64,000 bases of DNA from Candidatus Alectryobacillus sp. (GCA_036735985.1 DAINNH010000001.1:103735-167734), one strand, 5' to 3'. Shown: positions 9,402 to 18,616, counted from the first letter of the stretch. Notes: generated by a model not told the origin, from the letters alone. Translations and numbers: made by a program.

Positions 9402-11174
9402 ATGGCTTTAGTAAATATTAAAATTGAAGGAAAATCCTACCAAGTCGATTCTTCCTTAACTATTCTCCAAGCTTGTGAAGCTTGTGGATTCGATGTTCCA
9501 CATCTTTGTACATTTAAAGGCGGAAGATGCTCTTTAGCTTCTTGTCGTGTTTGTCTTGTCTCTGTTAAAGGTGCTCGTGGCTTAGTTGCTTCTTGTGTCT
9601 ATCCTGTTAATGAAGGCATGGAAATTTCTATCACTAATCCAGCCGCGACTGAGGCTCGTCGAACAAGTGTTGAACTTCTTCTTTCGAACCATAATCGCAA
9701 CTGCCAAGAATGTGATAAGAACGGTAAGTGTGAATTACTTGAAATGGCCAAGAGAGTCGGAGCGCATGAAGATATGTATGTTGGTGAAAAAACTGCTACT
9801 GTTCTTGATCAATTAGCCCCAGGCCTTGTCCGTGATACTTCTAAATGTATTCTTTGTGGTCGTTGTATTGCTGCTTGTAAAGATGCTCAAGGTTTAGGTA
9901 TTTTAGGCTTTGAGAAACGTGGATTTAAGACATATCTTTCCCCAGCTGGAGGAAGATCGTTCGCTCAATCTCCATGTATTCAATGTGGTCAATGTGTCTT
10001 AGTTTGTCCAACTGGTGCCTTAATGGAACATAGTGAAATTGATAAACTTGATGCAGCTATGAAAGCCGGTAAATATATTGTAGTTCAAACAGCTCCAGCT
10101 GTTCGTGCTGCTATCGGCGAAGAATTTGGTGAAAAGATTGGCACTCCTTGCACCGGCAAGATGGTCGCCGCTTTACATCGTTTAGGATTCTATCGTGTCT
10201 TTGATACAAACTTTGGTGCTGATTTAACCATTATGGAAGAAGCCAACGAATTTGTTGAACGTTTAACTTCAAAAGGCGCTGTTCTTCCAATGATTACTTC
10301 CTGTTCTCCAGGTTGGGTCAATTATGCTGAATTATACTATCCAGAACTTTTAAATCATTTATCAACCTCAAAATCTCCACATGAGATGATGGGTGCGATC
10401 ATTAAATCATATTTTGCAGAAAAGCATGGTTTAAAACCAGAAGATATCTGTGTTGTTTCAATTATGCCATGTGTTGCTAAAAAGTATGAAAAACAAAGAC
10501 CACAACTTAGAGTTGATGGCCAACCTGATGTTGACGTTGTCTTAACAACTCGTGAACTTGGTCGTATCATTCGTCGTGCTGGTATTAATTGGTCTAAACT
10601 TCCTAATGAAGAATATGATAATGATTTATTAGGTGATTATACTGGTGCTGGTGTCATTTTTGGTGTTACTGGTGGTGTTATGGAAGCTGCTATTCGTACA
10701 GCTTATAACATTGTTACTGGTAAAGAAATGCAACCAGTCGAATTTGCACCTGTCCGTGGTCTTGCAGGAATTAAACACGCAGATGTAAATATTGATGGCA
10801 AAATTATTAAAGTCGCTGTCGCAAGTGGCATGAACAATGCTAAAGTCTTACTTGATGAAATTAAAGCAGGTAAGTCCCCATATCAATTTATTGAAATCAT
10901 GGGTTGTCCAGGTGGCTGTATTAATGGTGGTGGTCAACCATATGTTAAGAAGATGTTCTTACCTAATGAAGGTGATGATATTCTTTATACATATCGCGAG
11001 AAACGTGCCGCAGTTCTTTATAAAGAAGATGAAGGCCGTCCAATTCGTCAATCCCATGCTAACCCAGATATCATTAAACTTTACGCTGATTTCTTAGGCA
11101 AACCTCTTAGTGAAAAGGCTGAGAAGTATCTTCATACTTCTTACAACACTTCACGTGAGAAATATCCTGATTAA
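9402..11174 (+). CDS. hydA: [FeFe] hydrogenase catalytic subunit
   Basis: H-cluster motifs TSCSPGW, MPCVAKKYE and EIMGCPGGCINGGGQP, plus an N-terminal 2Fe-2S and several 4Fe-4S cysteine clusters. Confidence 0.92.
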   Translation: MALVNIKIEGKSYQVDSSLTILQACEACGFDVPHLCTFKGGRCSLASCRVCLVSVKGARGLVASCVYPVNEGMEISITNPAATEARRTSVELLLSNHNRNCQECDKNGKCELLEMAKRVGAHEDMYVGEKTATVLDQLAPGLVRDTSKCILCGRCIAACKDAQGLGILGFEKRGFKTYLSPAGGRSFAQSPCIQCGQCVLVCPTGALMEHSEIDKLDAAMKAGKYIVVQTAPAVRAAIGEEFGEKIGTPCTGKMVAALHRLGFYRVFDTNFGADLTIMEEANEFVERLTSKGAVLPMITSCSPGWVNYAELYYPELLNHLSTSKSPHEMMGAIIKSYFAEKHGLKPEDICVVSIMPCVAKKYEKQRPQLRVDGQPDVDVVLTTRELGRIIRRAGINWSKLPNEEYDNDLLGDYTGAGVIFGVTGGVMEAAIRTAYNIVTGKEMQPVEFAPVRGLAGIKHADVNIDGKIIKVAVASGMNNAKVLLDEIKAGKSPYQFIEIMGCPGGCINGGGQPYVKKMFLPNEGDDILYTYREKRAAVLYKEDEGRPIRQSHANPDIIKLYADFLGKPLSEKAEKYLHTSYNTSREKYPD

Positions 11175-11189
11175 TTAACCAAATATTAG

Positions 11190-11217
11190 AAAATCCTGCA
11201 GAAGTGCAGGATTTTTT
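11190..11217 (+). terminator. rho-independent terminator after hydA
   Basis: AAAATCCTGCA-gaag-TGCAGGATTTTTT. Confidence 0.85.
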
Positions 11218-11235
11218 AATAGAAAGGAATTTATT

Positions 11236-11898
11236 ATGAACAAATATAAAATGGCTATTTTCGATTTCGATGGCACCTTAGGCGATACAATATATGGAAT
11301 TGCTAAAGGTGTTAATAATACGCTTAAGGAATTTAACTATCCTTTTACATACACTGTAGATGAAGTTAAAACATTTGTTGGCTATGGGGCTGAACGTCTC
11401 TTTTTAAGAGCCTTTAAATTTGATAAACTTGACGAGAAATCTAAACCAATTTTTGATAAATTCCTTAAAAATTATTTATTGGCTCAAGTGAATGATGTAA
11501 CGGCTTTTCCAGGAATTTATGATTTATTAGTTTCTTTAAATGAAAAGAATATTGATATTGTAGTTTATTCAAATAAACCAGGAAAAATATTAAAAGATTG
11601 TTGCGATATTTTATTTAAAGGTATTAAGATTAAAAATATTTTTGGAAATGATGTTGGGTTTGTCCCAAAACCTGATGTTTCGCAGCTTAATTTGTATTTA
11701 AAATCTCAAAAAGTTAAAAATAGCGAAGTTATTTATATTGGAGATAGTAAAGTAGATATCCAATTTGGTCATAATCTACATTGTGATACTATTGCCTGTG
11801 CATATGGATATAATTCTTTAAGCGACCTTGTTAGTGAAAAACCAACGTTTATTGTTAAAAATGTTAAGGAAATGAGTGCTATTTTACTAAATAATTGA
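11236..11898 (+). CDS. HAD-superfamily hydrolase (phosphoglycolate phosphatase-like)
   Basis: HAD motif I is FDFDGTLGDT; motifs III/IV are KPD...IGDSKVD. Confidence 0.75.
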   Translation: MNKYKMAIFDFDGTLGDTIYGIAKGVNNTLKEFNYPFTYTVDEVKTFVGYGAERLFLRAFKFDKLDEKSKPIFDKFLKNYLLAQVNDVTAFPGIYDLLVSLNEKNIDIVVYSNKPGKILKDCCDILFKGIKIKNIFGNDVGFVPKPDVSQLNLYLKSQKVKNSEVIYIGDSKVDIQFGHNLHCDTIACAYGYNSLSDLVSEKPTFIVKNVKEMSAILLNN

Positions 11899-11931
11899 TA
11901 TGATATTATTCTAAAGAAAGAAGGAAAAGTT

Positions 11932-13266
11932 ATGATGGATATTAAAATTTATAATTCTTTAACTAATCAAGTTGATGAATTTAAACCGATTGTACCAGGA
12001 GTTGTCTCGATTTATGTTTGTGGTCCAACCGTCTATAATGATGCTCACATTGGAAACTTCCGTCCAACAGTGTTTTTCGATGTTTTCCGTCGTTTTCTTC
12101 TTTACATTGGTTATAAGGTTAATTATGTTTCTAATTTTACTGATGTTGATGATAAGATCATTAAAAGAGCTCTTGAATTAAATATTAGTGAAAAAGAATT
12201 AACTGATAAAATGATTGTGGAATATTTAAAAGTTTGTTCAGATTTAAATGTCCTTCGTGCTACCGTTAACCCTCGTGTAACAGAAACTATGCCTGAAATT
12301 ATCGCTTTTATTGATAGTTTAGTTAAAACAAATCATGCTTATATTAGTGGTAATGATGTTTATTTTAGGGTAAATTCTATTCCAAATTATGGTGTTTTAA
12401 GCAATATTAAAGTTGACGAACTTAAAGCTGGAGCTCGTATTGAAGAAAACGATGCTAAAGAAAATCCATTTGATTTTACTCTTTGGAAAAAAACAAATGT
12501 CGGTGTTACATGGGACTCTCCATGGGGCAAAGGACGACCAGGTTGGCATACGGAATGTGTTGTTATGATCGAAAAATACCTCGGAAATCAAGTCGATATT
12601 CATGGTGGAGGTTTTGATTTAAAATTCCCACATCATGAAAATGAAATTGCTCAATCCCGTGCACATTGCGATTGCGGTTTAGCAAATTATTGGATGCATA
12701 ATGGATTTCTTAATATTAATAACGAAAAGATGTCAAAATCTTTAGGAAACGTTATTACTGGTAAAGAAGCTATACAGAAATTTGGTGGGAACTTAACTCG
12801 TTACATTCTCATCTCTACGTATTATCGTTCACCAATCAATTTAACTGAGGAATACATTAATACTTCAAAAATTGAATTAGAAAAAATTGAAAAAGGCCTT
12901 AATGATTTAGCAAAAAGACTGCAGATTCTCAATATTTTTGATAAAGAAGGCCAACCAAATGTTAAAGATTTCTTAGCAAGTTTAGCAAATGATGTTAATA
13001 TTGCAAATGCGAAATCATCTCTCTTTGATTTACTTAAGAAAATTAACATTGATTTACGTAATCCAAATGTTATGGAACAAGACTTACTTGATGATTTCGC
13101 ATCAATTAAAGTAATGCTCGACATTTTAGGTTTAAAATTTGATATAATAGTTTTTACTAAAGAAGATTTAGATTTGCTTCGTCAATATAATAACGCGAAA
13201 GCAAATAAAGATTATGTAAAATCTGATGAATTAAGAGCCATCTTAATTAGTAAGAATTTACTTTAG
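11932..13266 (+). CDS. cysS: cysteine--tRNA ligase
   Basis: Class I motifs HIGN (AHIGNFRP) and KMSKSLGN. CGPTVYN and WHTEC zinc ligands are present. Confidence 0.93.
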   Translation: MMDIKIYNSLTNQVDEFKPIVPGVVSIYVCGPTVYNDAHIGNFRPTVFFDVFRRFLLYIGYKVNYVSNFTDVDDKIIKRALELNISEKELTDKMIVEYLKVCSDLNVLRATVNPRVTETMPEIIAFIDSLVKTNHAYISGNDVYFRVNSIPNYGVLSNIKVDELKAGARIEENDAKENPFDFTLWKKTNVGVTWDSPWGKGRPGWHTECVVMIEKYLGNQVDIHGGGFDLKFPHHENEIAQSRAHCDCGLANYWMHNGFLNINNEKMSKSLGNVITGKEAIQKFGGNLTRYILISTYYRSPINLTEEYINTSKIELEKIEKGLNDLAKRLQILNIFDKEGQPNVKDFLASLANDVNIANAKSSLFDLLKKINIDLRNPNVMEQDLLDDFASIKVMLDILGLKFDIIVFTKEDLDLLRQYNNAKANKDYVKSDELRAILISKNLL

Positions 13267-13294
13267 TATTTTATACTAATAAGGAGTAAGTTAT

Positions 13295-14014
13295 ATGGGC
13301 GTAACTACAGTTGACAGTATTGTCATTAATTATTTTAATAACCTTTGGGGAGGAAACGGCTGGGGGAATTTAATTCTCTGTTTTCTCTCTATTATTTTAA
13401 CAGTCATCTTATCTGGTATTATCGGATACGAAAGAGAGTACCAAGGACATCCAGCGGGTTTAAGAACGCATGTATTGGTTGCTTTAGGTTCTTCTGTTAT
13501 TATGATTGTTTCTATTTACGGAGTTGGCTATGAAAATCGTGATACGATGCGTTTAGCTGCTCAAGTTGTTACTGGTATTGGCTTTTTAGGCGCTGGTACG
13601 ATTATTCAAACAGGTGTTGATGTTAAAGGCTTAACAACCGCAACGACATTATGGATGTCGATGTCAGTTGGCCTTGTTTGTGGAGCTGGCAGCTTCATTA
13701 TTGCAATTTTAGGCACAATATTCGCATTGATTACTTTAATTTATTTAAGAAAAGTTGAAAAGCATGCCTCTAAACGTAATCCAGTTTTATTGATTGTCGT
13801 TAATACTTCAACTCCAATTTTACGTGATATTATGGAAATTGGTATTAAGCATGGCCTCTCAATTAAATCTTTTGAAACCCAACTTGTCGATTTAAAACAA
13901 CGTGAAGCAATGCGCATGGTTGTACATTTTGGACCATGTACTTATTCGCAAGTTGAATCTTTTGTTAAAGAATTAAATCTCACTGTTCAACCAATTGAAG
14001 TTAAGATTTGTTAA
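13295..14014 (+). CDS. MgtC/SapB family membrane protein
   Basis: GIIGYEREYQGHPAGLRTHVLVALGS and GIGFLGAGTI are MgtC-family signatures. It has a C-terminal ACT-like soluble domain. Confidence 0.8.
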   Translation: MGVTTVDSIVINYFNNLWGGNGWGNLILCFLSIILTVILSGIIGYEREYQGHPAGLRTHVLVALGSSVIMIVSIYGVGYENRDTMRLAAQVVTGIGFLGAGTIIQTGVDVKGLTTATTLWMSMSVGLVCGAGSFIIAILGTIFALITLIYLRKVEKHASKRNPVLLIVVNTSTPILRDIMEIGIKHGLSIKSFETQLVDLKQREAMRMVVHFGPCTYSQVESFVKELNLTVQPIEVKIC

Positions 14015-14058
14015 TTTATTTTAAAAATATTCATTTATTTGTGCTATTAGGAGGAATT

Positions 14059-14787
14059 GTGGTGGCTAATATTATATATGGGATAAATCCCATTCGCAGC
14101 GCTATAAGTAGCGGGAAAGTTAAAAAGTTATACATTCAGAACGGCACCAATGCAATGAATTTAATTAAAGATGCTAAAGAAAATAACGTTAAGTATGTTT
14201 TAAGCGATAAAGAAACGCTATCTCGGATGGTAGGAAATGTTAATCATCAAGGAGCAGTTGCTGAAACCAGCGATTACACAACAATCTCCTTAGATGAATT
14301 ATTAAAGAAAACATCATCAAAAGATAAATCGATAATTATTATGCTTGATAATATTGAAGATCCTCACAACTTAGGAGCCATTTTAAGAGTGGCTGATGCT
14401 TTTGGTTGTGATGGTGTTATTTTTAAAAATTCGCACCAAGTAGGTTTAAATGACACTGTTGCTAAAGTTTCAACTGGCGCAATTAACTATGTTGATTGTG
14501 TCTGTGTAGCTAATCTTACCAACGCGATAAATAGTTTAAAGGAAAATAAATACTGGATCTATGGAACTGATATGGATGGACAAGCATCTTATTTTGATAC
14601 CGAATACGCTAGTAAAGTATGCATTATCATCGGTAGTGAAGGCTTTGGAATATCAAGATTAGTAAAAGAAAATTGTGATGTGTTAATTAAGATCCCAATG
14701 TGTGGACACGTTAACTCATTAAATGCTTCTACCGCCACTTCTATAGTCATTTCAAGAGTCTCGGAGTATTTAGGTAAAACAAATTGA
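14059..14787 (+). CDS. rlmB: TrmH-family 23S rRNA 2'-O-ribose methyltransferase (RlmB/YacO-like)
   Basis: SpoU motifs LDNIEDPHNLGAILRVADAFG, IIIGSEGFGIS and SLNASTAT. AGGAGG at 14048-14053 favours the in-frame GTG at 14059/14062 over the ORF-track start at 14008. Confidence 0.8.
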   Translation: MVANIIYGINPIRSAISSGKVKKLYIQNGTNAMNLIKDAKENNVKYVLSDKETLSRMVGNVNHQGAVAETSDYTTISLDELLKKTSSKDKSIIIMLDNIEDPHNLGAILRVADAFGCDGVIFKNSHQVGLNDTVAKVSTGAINYVDCVCVANLTNAINSLKENKYWIYGTDMDGQASYFDTEYASKVCIIIGSEGFGISRLVKENCDVLIKIPMCGHVNSLNASTATSIVISRVSEYLGKTN

Positions 14788-15434
14788 GTTTAAATAATGA
14801 TAATTTTAAAATTTGTCTAAATTTATGTCGTCAAAAAAATAAAGAAGCAGTCGAAGAAATGACTGCTTTTTTAATGTCTCAAACTAAAAACCTTTATTAT
14901 CGTAATTTAGGTTATTTAGTTGATATCGGTCTTCCTAAAGAAGAAGTCGAGGCCCATTATCTTCGATTTATTAATGAATTTATTCAAAGCATTGAAGTAC
15001 AGGGCAAAAAGGATGTTTTATCCTATTATCGTGGTTTTATTCGTGTTAAATTTATGAATCTAGTTGAAAAAACTAATCATTTATTAAAAGATGTACCAAC
15101 TGCTGATGTTTATCTTATTAATAATGGAAACGGCGAAACAAATGTACGAATTGAAGATACGATTGCTTCAAACGAAGATATTAGCAAATGGGTTAACTCC
15201 CAAGAGATTCTAGAGGAGTATGTTTATAATGCTAACGCTGTGCTGAATGATTTTGAGCAAAAGGTAATAATATCTTTCCTAAGCGGAAATTTCTTTGCGG
15301 ATATTGCAAAAAACTTTACTCTGCCATATAAGCAAATACTAGCAATATATAATCACTCTATTGTTAAAATAAGAGCCTCTGAAGCTCTAAAAGTTAAACA
15401 TAATAGAGAAGAATTTTACAAAAGACACAAATAA
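14784..15434 (+). CDS. divergent sigma-70 family factor (SigH/ComX-like)
   Basis: It occupies the sigH slot between rlmB and rpmG-secE-nusG. The region-4-like HTH is LNDFEQKVIISFLSGNFFADIAKNFTLPYKQILAIYNHSIVKIR. The region-2-like segment is YYRGFIRVKFMNLVEK. The TTG start overlaps the rlmB TGA and is uncertain. Confidence 0.6.
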   Translation: MSLNNDNFKICLNLCRQKNKEAVEEMTAFLMSQTKNLYYRNLGYLVDIGLPKEEVEAHYLRFINEFIQSIEVQGKKDVLSYYRGFIRVKFMNLVEKTNHLLKDVPTADVYLINNGNGETNVRIEDTIASNEDISKWVNSQEILEEYVYNANAVLNDFEQKVIISFLSGNFFADIAKNFTLPYKQILAIYNHSIVKIRASEALKVKHNREEFYKRHK

Positions 15435-15594
15435 GTCTGCAGATTCCTAATAAAAATGTTTTTTTCGCCATCGAACTTATTTAATTAAAGTTTCAAAAAG
15501 TGAAGTTTTGCCGTATAGAATTCCTCTATTGTTTTATTAAAAACAATATATTTATTAAAATTTTCAAAACTTTTTATGTTTTTTATTATTTTTA

Positions 15595-15603
15595 TGCTAT
15601 ATT
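15595..15603 (+). promoter_or_regulatory. extended -10 promoter element (TGcTATATT) for rpmG
   Basis: The TGn-TATATT ends 6 nt before the rpmG ATG. No SD sequence lies in between. Confidence 0.5.
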
Positions 15604-15609
15604 ATTGAT

Positions 15610-15756
15610 ATGCGTAAAAAAGTTATTTTAATATGCACTAAATGTTTGTCTAGAAATTATACAACAACAGTGCGTAGCGATTCGCAAGAAAGATTCGAAG
15701 TTATGAAATATTGTCCAAAGTGTAATGAATACACTTTGCATAAGGAATCAAAGTAA
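15610..15756 (+). CDS. rpmG: 50S ribosomal protein L33
   Basis: Not in the ORF track. Hand translation gives [48 protein letters not shown], the L33 CxxC...CxxC type. It is upstream of secE-nusG. Confidence 0.9.
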   Translation: MRKKVILICTKCLSRNYTTTVRSDSQERFEVMKYCPKCNEYTLHKESK

Positions 15757-15769
15757 GGAGCACAACTTT

Positions 15770-15967
15770 ATGACATCACCAAAAAAGTATCTTAAAGAAG
15801 TTGGTCAACAAGCCAAAAAAGTAAGATGGCCAACATGGTCAAAATACAGCAAAACACTTATTGTTGTTTTAGTTATTGTTGTTATTGCGGCTATCATTTT
15901 AATGCTTGAAAACTGGTTAGCTGGTACCCTTGTCAATTCCTTAAACACTGTTTTTGGCAAGAAATAA
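15770..15967 (+). CDS. secE: preprotein translocase subunit SecE
   Basis: MTSPKKYLKEVGQQAKKVRWPTW followed by a single TM. AAGGAG lies 9 nt upstream. The ORF-track start at 15725 overlaps rpmG and is rejected. Confidence 0.88.
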   Translation: MTSPKKYLKEVGQQAKKVRWPTWSKYSKTLIVVLVIVVIAAIILMLENWLAGTLVNSLNTVFGKK

Positions 15968-15981
15968 AATAGGAGATAATT

Positions 15982-16545
15982 ATGGGAGAAGAACAAGTTA
16001 AAACTAATTTGCAAGACAAAGTTTGGTATATTGCGACTACATATTCAACGCACGAAAATAAAGTGGCTGAAAATATTCGTCGACGTATCGAAACAATGAA
16101 CTTACAAGATCAAATATTTAGAGTTCTCGTAGCAGAAGAAGTAATTGAAAATAAAGATGATCCAAAAAAGAATAAAGTTAGCAATTTATATCCAGGTTAT
16201 ATCTTTGTTGAAATGATTATGACAGATGAATCCTGGTATATGGTTCGTAATACTCCAGGGGTCACTGGTATTATTGGTTCAAGTGGTGGTGGTACAAAAC
16301 CAACCCCTGTTCCAGCTAGCGAAATGGAATCAGTCTTAAAGCGTATCGGCCAAATTGATGCCTCAATGTTATCAAGATATCAAAATGGTGATGAAGTTAA
16401 TATTATTAATGGTCCATTTAGCGGAAGCCATGGTAAGATTATTAACATTGATGGTGAGACCAATAAGATTACCTTAATGATTTCATTTTTCGGTCGTGAG
16501 ACTCCACTTGATGTTGAATTCAAGGACATTGAAAAAATAAGCTAA
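15982..16545 (+). CDS. nusG: transcription termination/antitermination factor NusG
   Basis: WYIATTYSTHENKV (NGN domain), YPGYIFVEM, and a KOW motif GDEVNIINGPFSGSHGKI. Confidence 0.93.
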   Translation: MGEEQVKTNLQDKVWYIATTYSTHENKVAENIRRRIETMNLQDQIFRVLVAEEVIENKDDPKKNKVSNLYPGYIFVEMIMTDESWYMVRNTPGVTGIIGSSGGGTKPTPVPASEMESVLKRIGQIDASMLSRYQNGDEVNIINGPFSGSHGKIINIDGETNKITLMISFFGRETPLDVEFKDIEKIS

Positions 16546-16550
16546 TTATT

Positions 16551-16584
16551 AAAATCCTTGCGATCTGCAAGGATTTTAATTTTT
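16551..16584 (+). terminator. rho-independent terminator after nusG
   Basis: AAAATCCTTGC-gatct-GCAAGGATTTT followed by AATTTTT. Confidence 0.8.
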
Positions 16585-16822
16585 GGGTGTCTATAATAAC
16601 GTTTAATAAAAACCCTACTAAACCTCAAGATTTGAAAGTAGTATTATTTAATATATTAAATATATTAAAAATAATTTGCTATTAGGGTAATTAAAGAGGT
16701 AAAATTACAAAGCATAGTTTTTGAAAGATATTACTATGTAATATGTATGTTTGTGGAAGGACGGCGATAGTCCATTCACCACACACGGATAAAACACTAA
16801 ATTATCAAGGAGGAATTGTCAC

Positions 16823-17236
16823 GTGGGAAAGAAAATCGCAAAAGTAGTCAAAATGGAACTACCTGGTGGCGATGCTAAACCAGGACCAAAGTTAGCATCT
16901 GCAGGCGTTGTCATGCCAAAATTCTGTACAGAATTCAATGCAAAGACCGCTGATCGTAAAGGAACAACTGTTCCAGTCATTATTACAGCTTATGAAGACA
17001 AAACATTTGATTTTGTCATTAAAACAACTCCTGTTGCTGAGTTACTTCTCAAAGCAGCCGGAATTCAAAAAGGTGCTCAAAATTCTAAAACTCAAAAAGT
17101 TGGACATATTACTAAGGCTCAACTTAAAGAGATTGCTGAATACAAGCTGCCTGATTTAAATTGTAACGATATTGAAGCTGCTATGAAAGTTATCGCTGGT
17201 AGCTGCCGCAATGTTGGAATTACAATCGATGACTAA
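16823..17236 (+). CDS. rplK: 50S ribosomal protein L11
   Basis: GTG start 8 nt after AAGGAGG. The translation KVVKMELPGGDAKPGPKLASAGV...ITAYEDKTFDFVIKTTP is L11-like. Confidence 0.92.
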   Translation: MGKKIAKVVKMELPGGDAKPGPKLASAGVVMPKFCTEFNAKTADRKGTTVPVIITAYEDKTFDFVIKTTPVAELLLKAAGIQKGAQNSKTQKVGHITKAQLKEIAEYKLPDLNCNDIEAAMKVIAGSCRNVGITIDD

Positions 17237-17277
17237 GTGGAAGAGAATTACTCGCTAAAACCACAGGAGGATAAAAA

Positions 17278-17964
17278 ATGAAAAGAGGAAAAAAATATAC
17301 TGCAGCCGCTGCATTAGTAGACTTAACAAAAAAGTATTCTATTGCTGAAGCTAGTGAATTAATTAAGAAAACTTCAACTGTCAAATTTGATGCGACAATT
17401 GAATTATCTCTTAAATTAAATGTCGATACCAAAGCCGCTGATCAACAAGTTAGAGGAACAATCGTTCTTCCACATGGCAATGGTAAAGAGAAGAAAGTCT
17501 TGGTTCTTACATCTACCAAATTAGACGAAGCTAAAGAAGCTGGTGCTGATTTCGTTGGTGGTAAAGAATTAATTGAAAAAATTAAAACCGAAAACTGGTT
17601 TGGTTACGACGTTATTATCGCTACACCTGATATGATGGGTGAAATTGGTAAAATTGGTCGTATACTTGGTCCAAAAGGCTTAATGCCAAACCCAAAGATT
17701 GGTACTGTTACTATGGAAGTTGCTAAAGCCGTTAAAGAAGTCAAAGCTGGTAAAATTGAATACCGTGTTGATAAAGATGGCAATATGCACTTATCTATCG
17801 CTCGTGTTTCCTTTGCCGCCAATGATATTGCCGACAATGTGAATACTTGTGTCGAAACTATTGTTCGTGTCCGTCCAGCTGTCATTAAAGGTACTTATAT
17901 CAAAAATGCAGTTATCCACACAACAATGGGTCCAGCTATTCATATCACATTTGCTGGTATGTAA
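17278..17964 (+). CDS. rplA: 50S ribosomal protein L1
   Basis: [14 protein letters not shown]...[14 protein letters not shown]...[12 protein letters not shown] is typical L1. Confidence 0.94.
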   Translation: MKRGKKYTAAAALVDLTKKYSIAEASELIKKTSTVKFDATIELSLKLNVDTKAADQQVRGTIVLPHGNGKEKKVLVLTSTKLDEAKEAGADFVGGKELIEKIKTENWFGYDVIIATPDMMGEIGKIGRILGPKGLMPNPKIGTVTMEVAKAVKEVKAGKIEYRVDKDGNMHLSIARVSFAANDIADNVNTCVETIVRVRPAVIKGTYIKNAVIHTTMGPAIHITFAGM

Positions 17965-17967
17965 TTC

Positions 17968-18120
17968 TAGTCTACTTAAACAAAGGTTGTTGCATCTAAT
18001 ATACCTAAGACAGTAACGGCTAAAATATGTAAAGCTTAATCAAGTTACCGAGGTGTGAATAACATATTCATGAACTCAAATGTATATTGGAGCCTCATAT
18101 AACAACAAAAAAGGAGGTAA
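17968..18120 (+). promoter_or_regulatory. candidate ribosomal protein L10 leader (autoregulatory 5' UTR)
   Basis: A 160-nt untranslated gap before rplJ contains CCTAAGACAGTAAC...GTTACCGAGGTG. This is a helix flanked by AAGACAG/ACCGAGG as I recall for the Firmicute L10 leader. It was not checked against a covariance model. Confidence 0.5.
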
Positions 18121-18127
18121 AAAAACG

Positions 18128-18616
18128 ATGAATCAAGAAGTCTTAAAGGCAAAACAAGAGACCGTTAGTGAAATTTCAAAGTTACTTGAAGAAAACAAAT
18201 CCTTCGTTATTTGCGAATATCGTGGATTAAGTGTTGCTCAATTAACAGAATTACGTAAGTCTCTTCTAGCTCAAGATTCCAATCTTAATGTTTTCAAGAA
18301 TACTTTAATTCGTAAAGCTCTTGCCGCAAAGAAGATTGAAGGTCTTGAATCCTATCTTGAAGGACCAAACGCGTTTATCTTTTCAAAAGATATTTCAAAT
18401 GGTCCAAAAGTGATTGCAAAATTTGCTCGTAAAAACGACAATCTCGTAATCAAAGCGGGATTAATCGAAGGTCAAGTCTATGGTGCTAAAGAAGTAGTTG
18501 CTATTTCAAAGTTACCAGACAAGAATGGATTAATTTCGATGTTGTTATCGGTGTTACAAGCACCAGTTCGCCAATTTGCAGCTAGTATTAAAGCTGTTGG
18601 TGAATCTAAAAACTAA
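18128..18616 (+). CDS. rplJ: 50S ribosomal protein L10
   Basis: MNQEVLKAKQETVSEI...FVICEYRGLSVAQLTELRKSL. AAAGGAGG lies 9 nt upstream of the ATG at 18128. The ORF-track start at 18080 is rejected. Confidence 0.92.
   Translation: MNQEVLKAKQETVSEISKLLEENKSFVICEYRGLSVAQLTELRKSLLAQDSNLNVFKNTLIRKALAAKKIEGLESYLEGPNAFIFSKDISNGPKVIAKFARKNDNLVIKAGLIEGQVYGAKEVVAISKLPDKNGLISMLLSVLQAPVRQFAASIKAVGESKN

Noticed and set aside
11899-11931. Looked for a T-box or other riboswitch leader in front of cysS.
   Set aside because: Only 33 nt separate the HAD gene from cysS, which is too short for a T-box. cysS is most likely co-transcribed with the HAD gene.
14785-14787. Considered genetic code 4 (UGA = Trp), given the mollicute-like gene content.
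   Set aside because: TGA ends the ORFs at 14785-14787 (rlmB-like) and 11896-11898 (HAD), each at a position consistent with the expected protein length. Trp is encoded by TGG throughout, and no conserved protein needs UGA read-through.
18080-18127. Longer ORF-track starts: 524 (rplO), 6430, 14008 (rlmB), 15725 (secE), 18080 (rplJ), 19087, 40250, 46127, 51632, 62117.
   Set aside because: In each case an internal ATG/GTG sits 5-10 nt after a GGAGG-type site and removes an implausible N-terminal extension or an overlap with the upstream gene.
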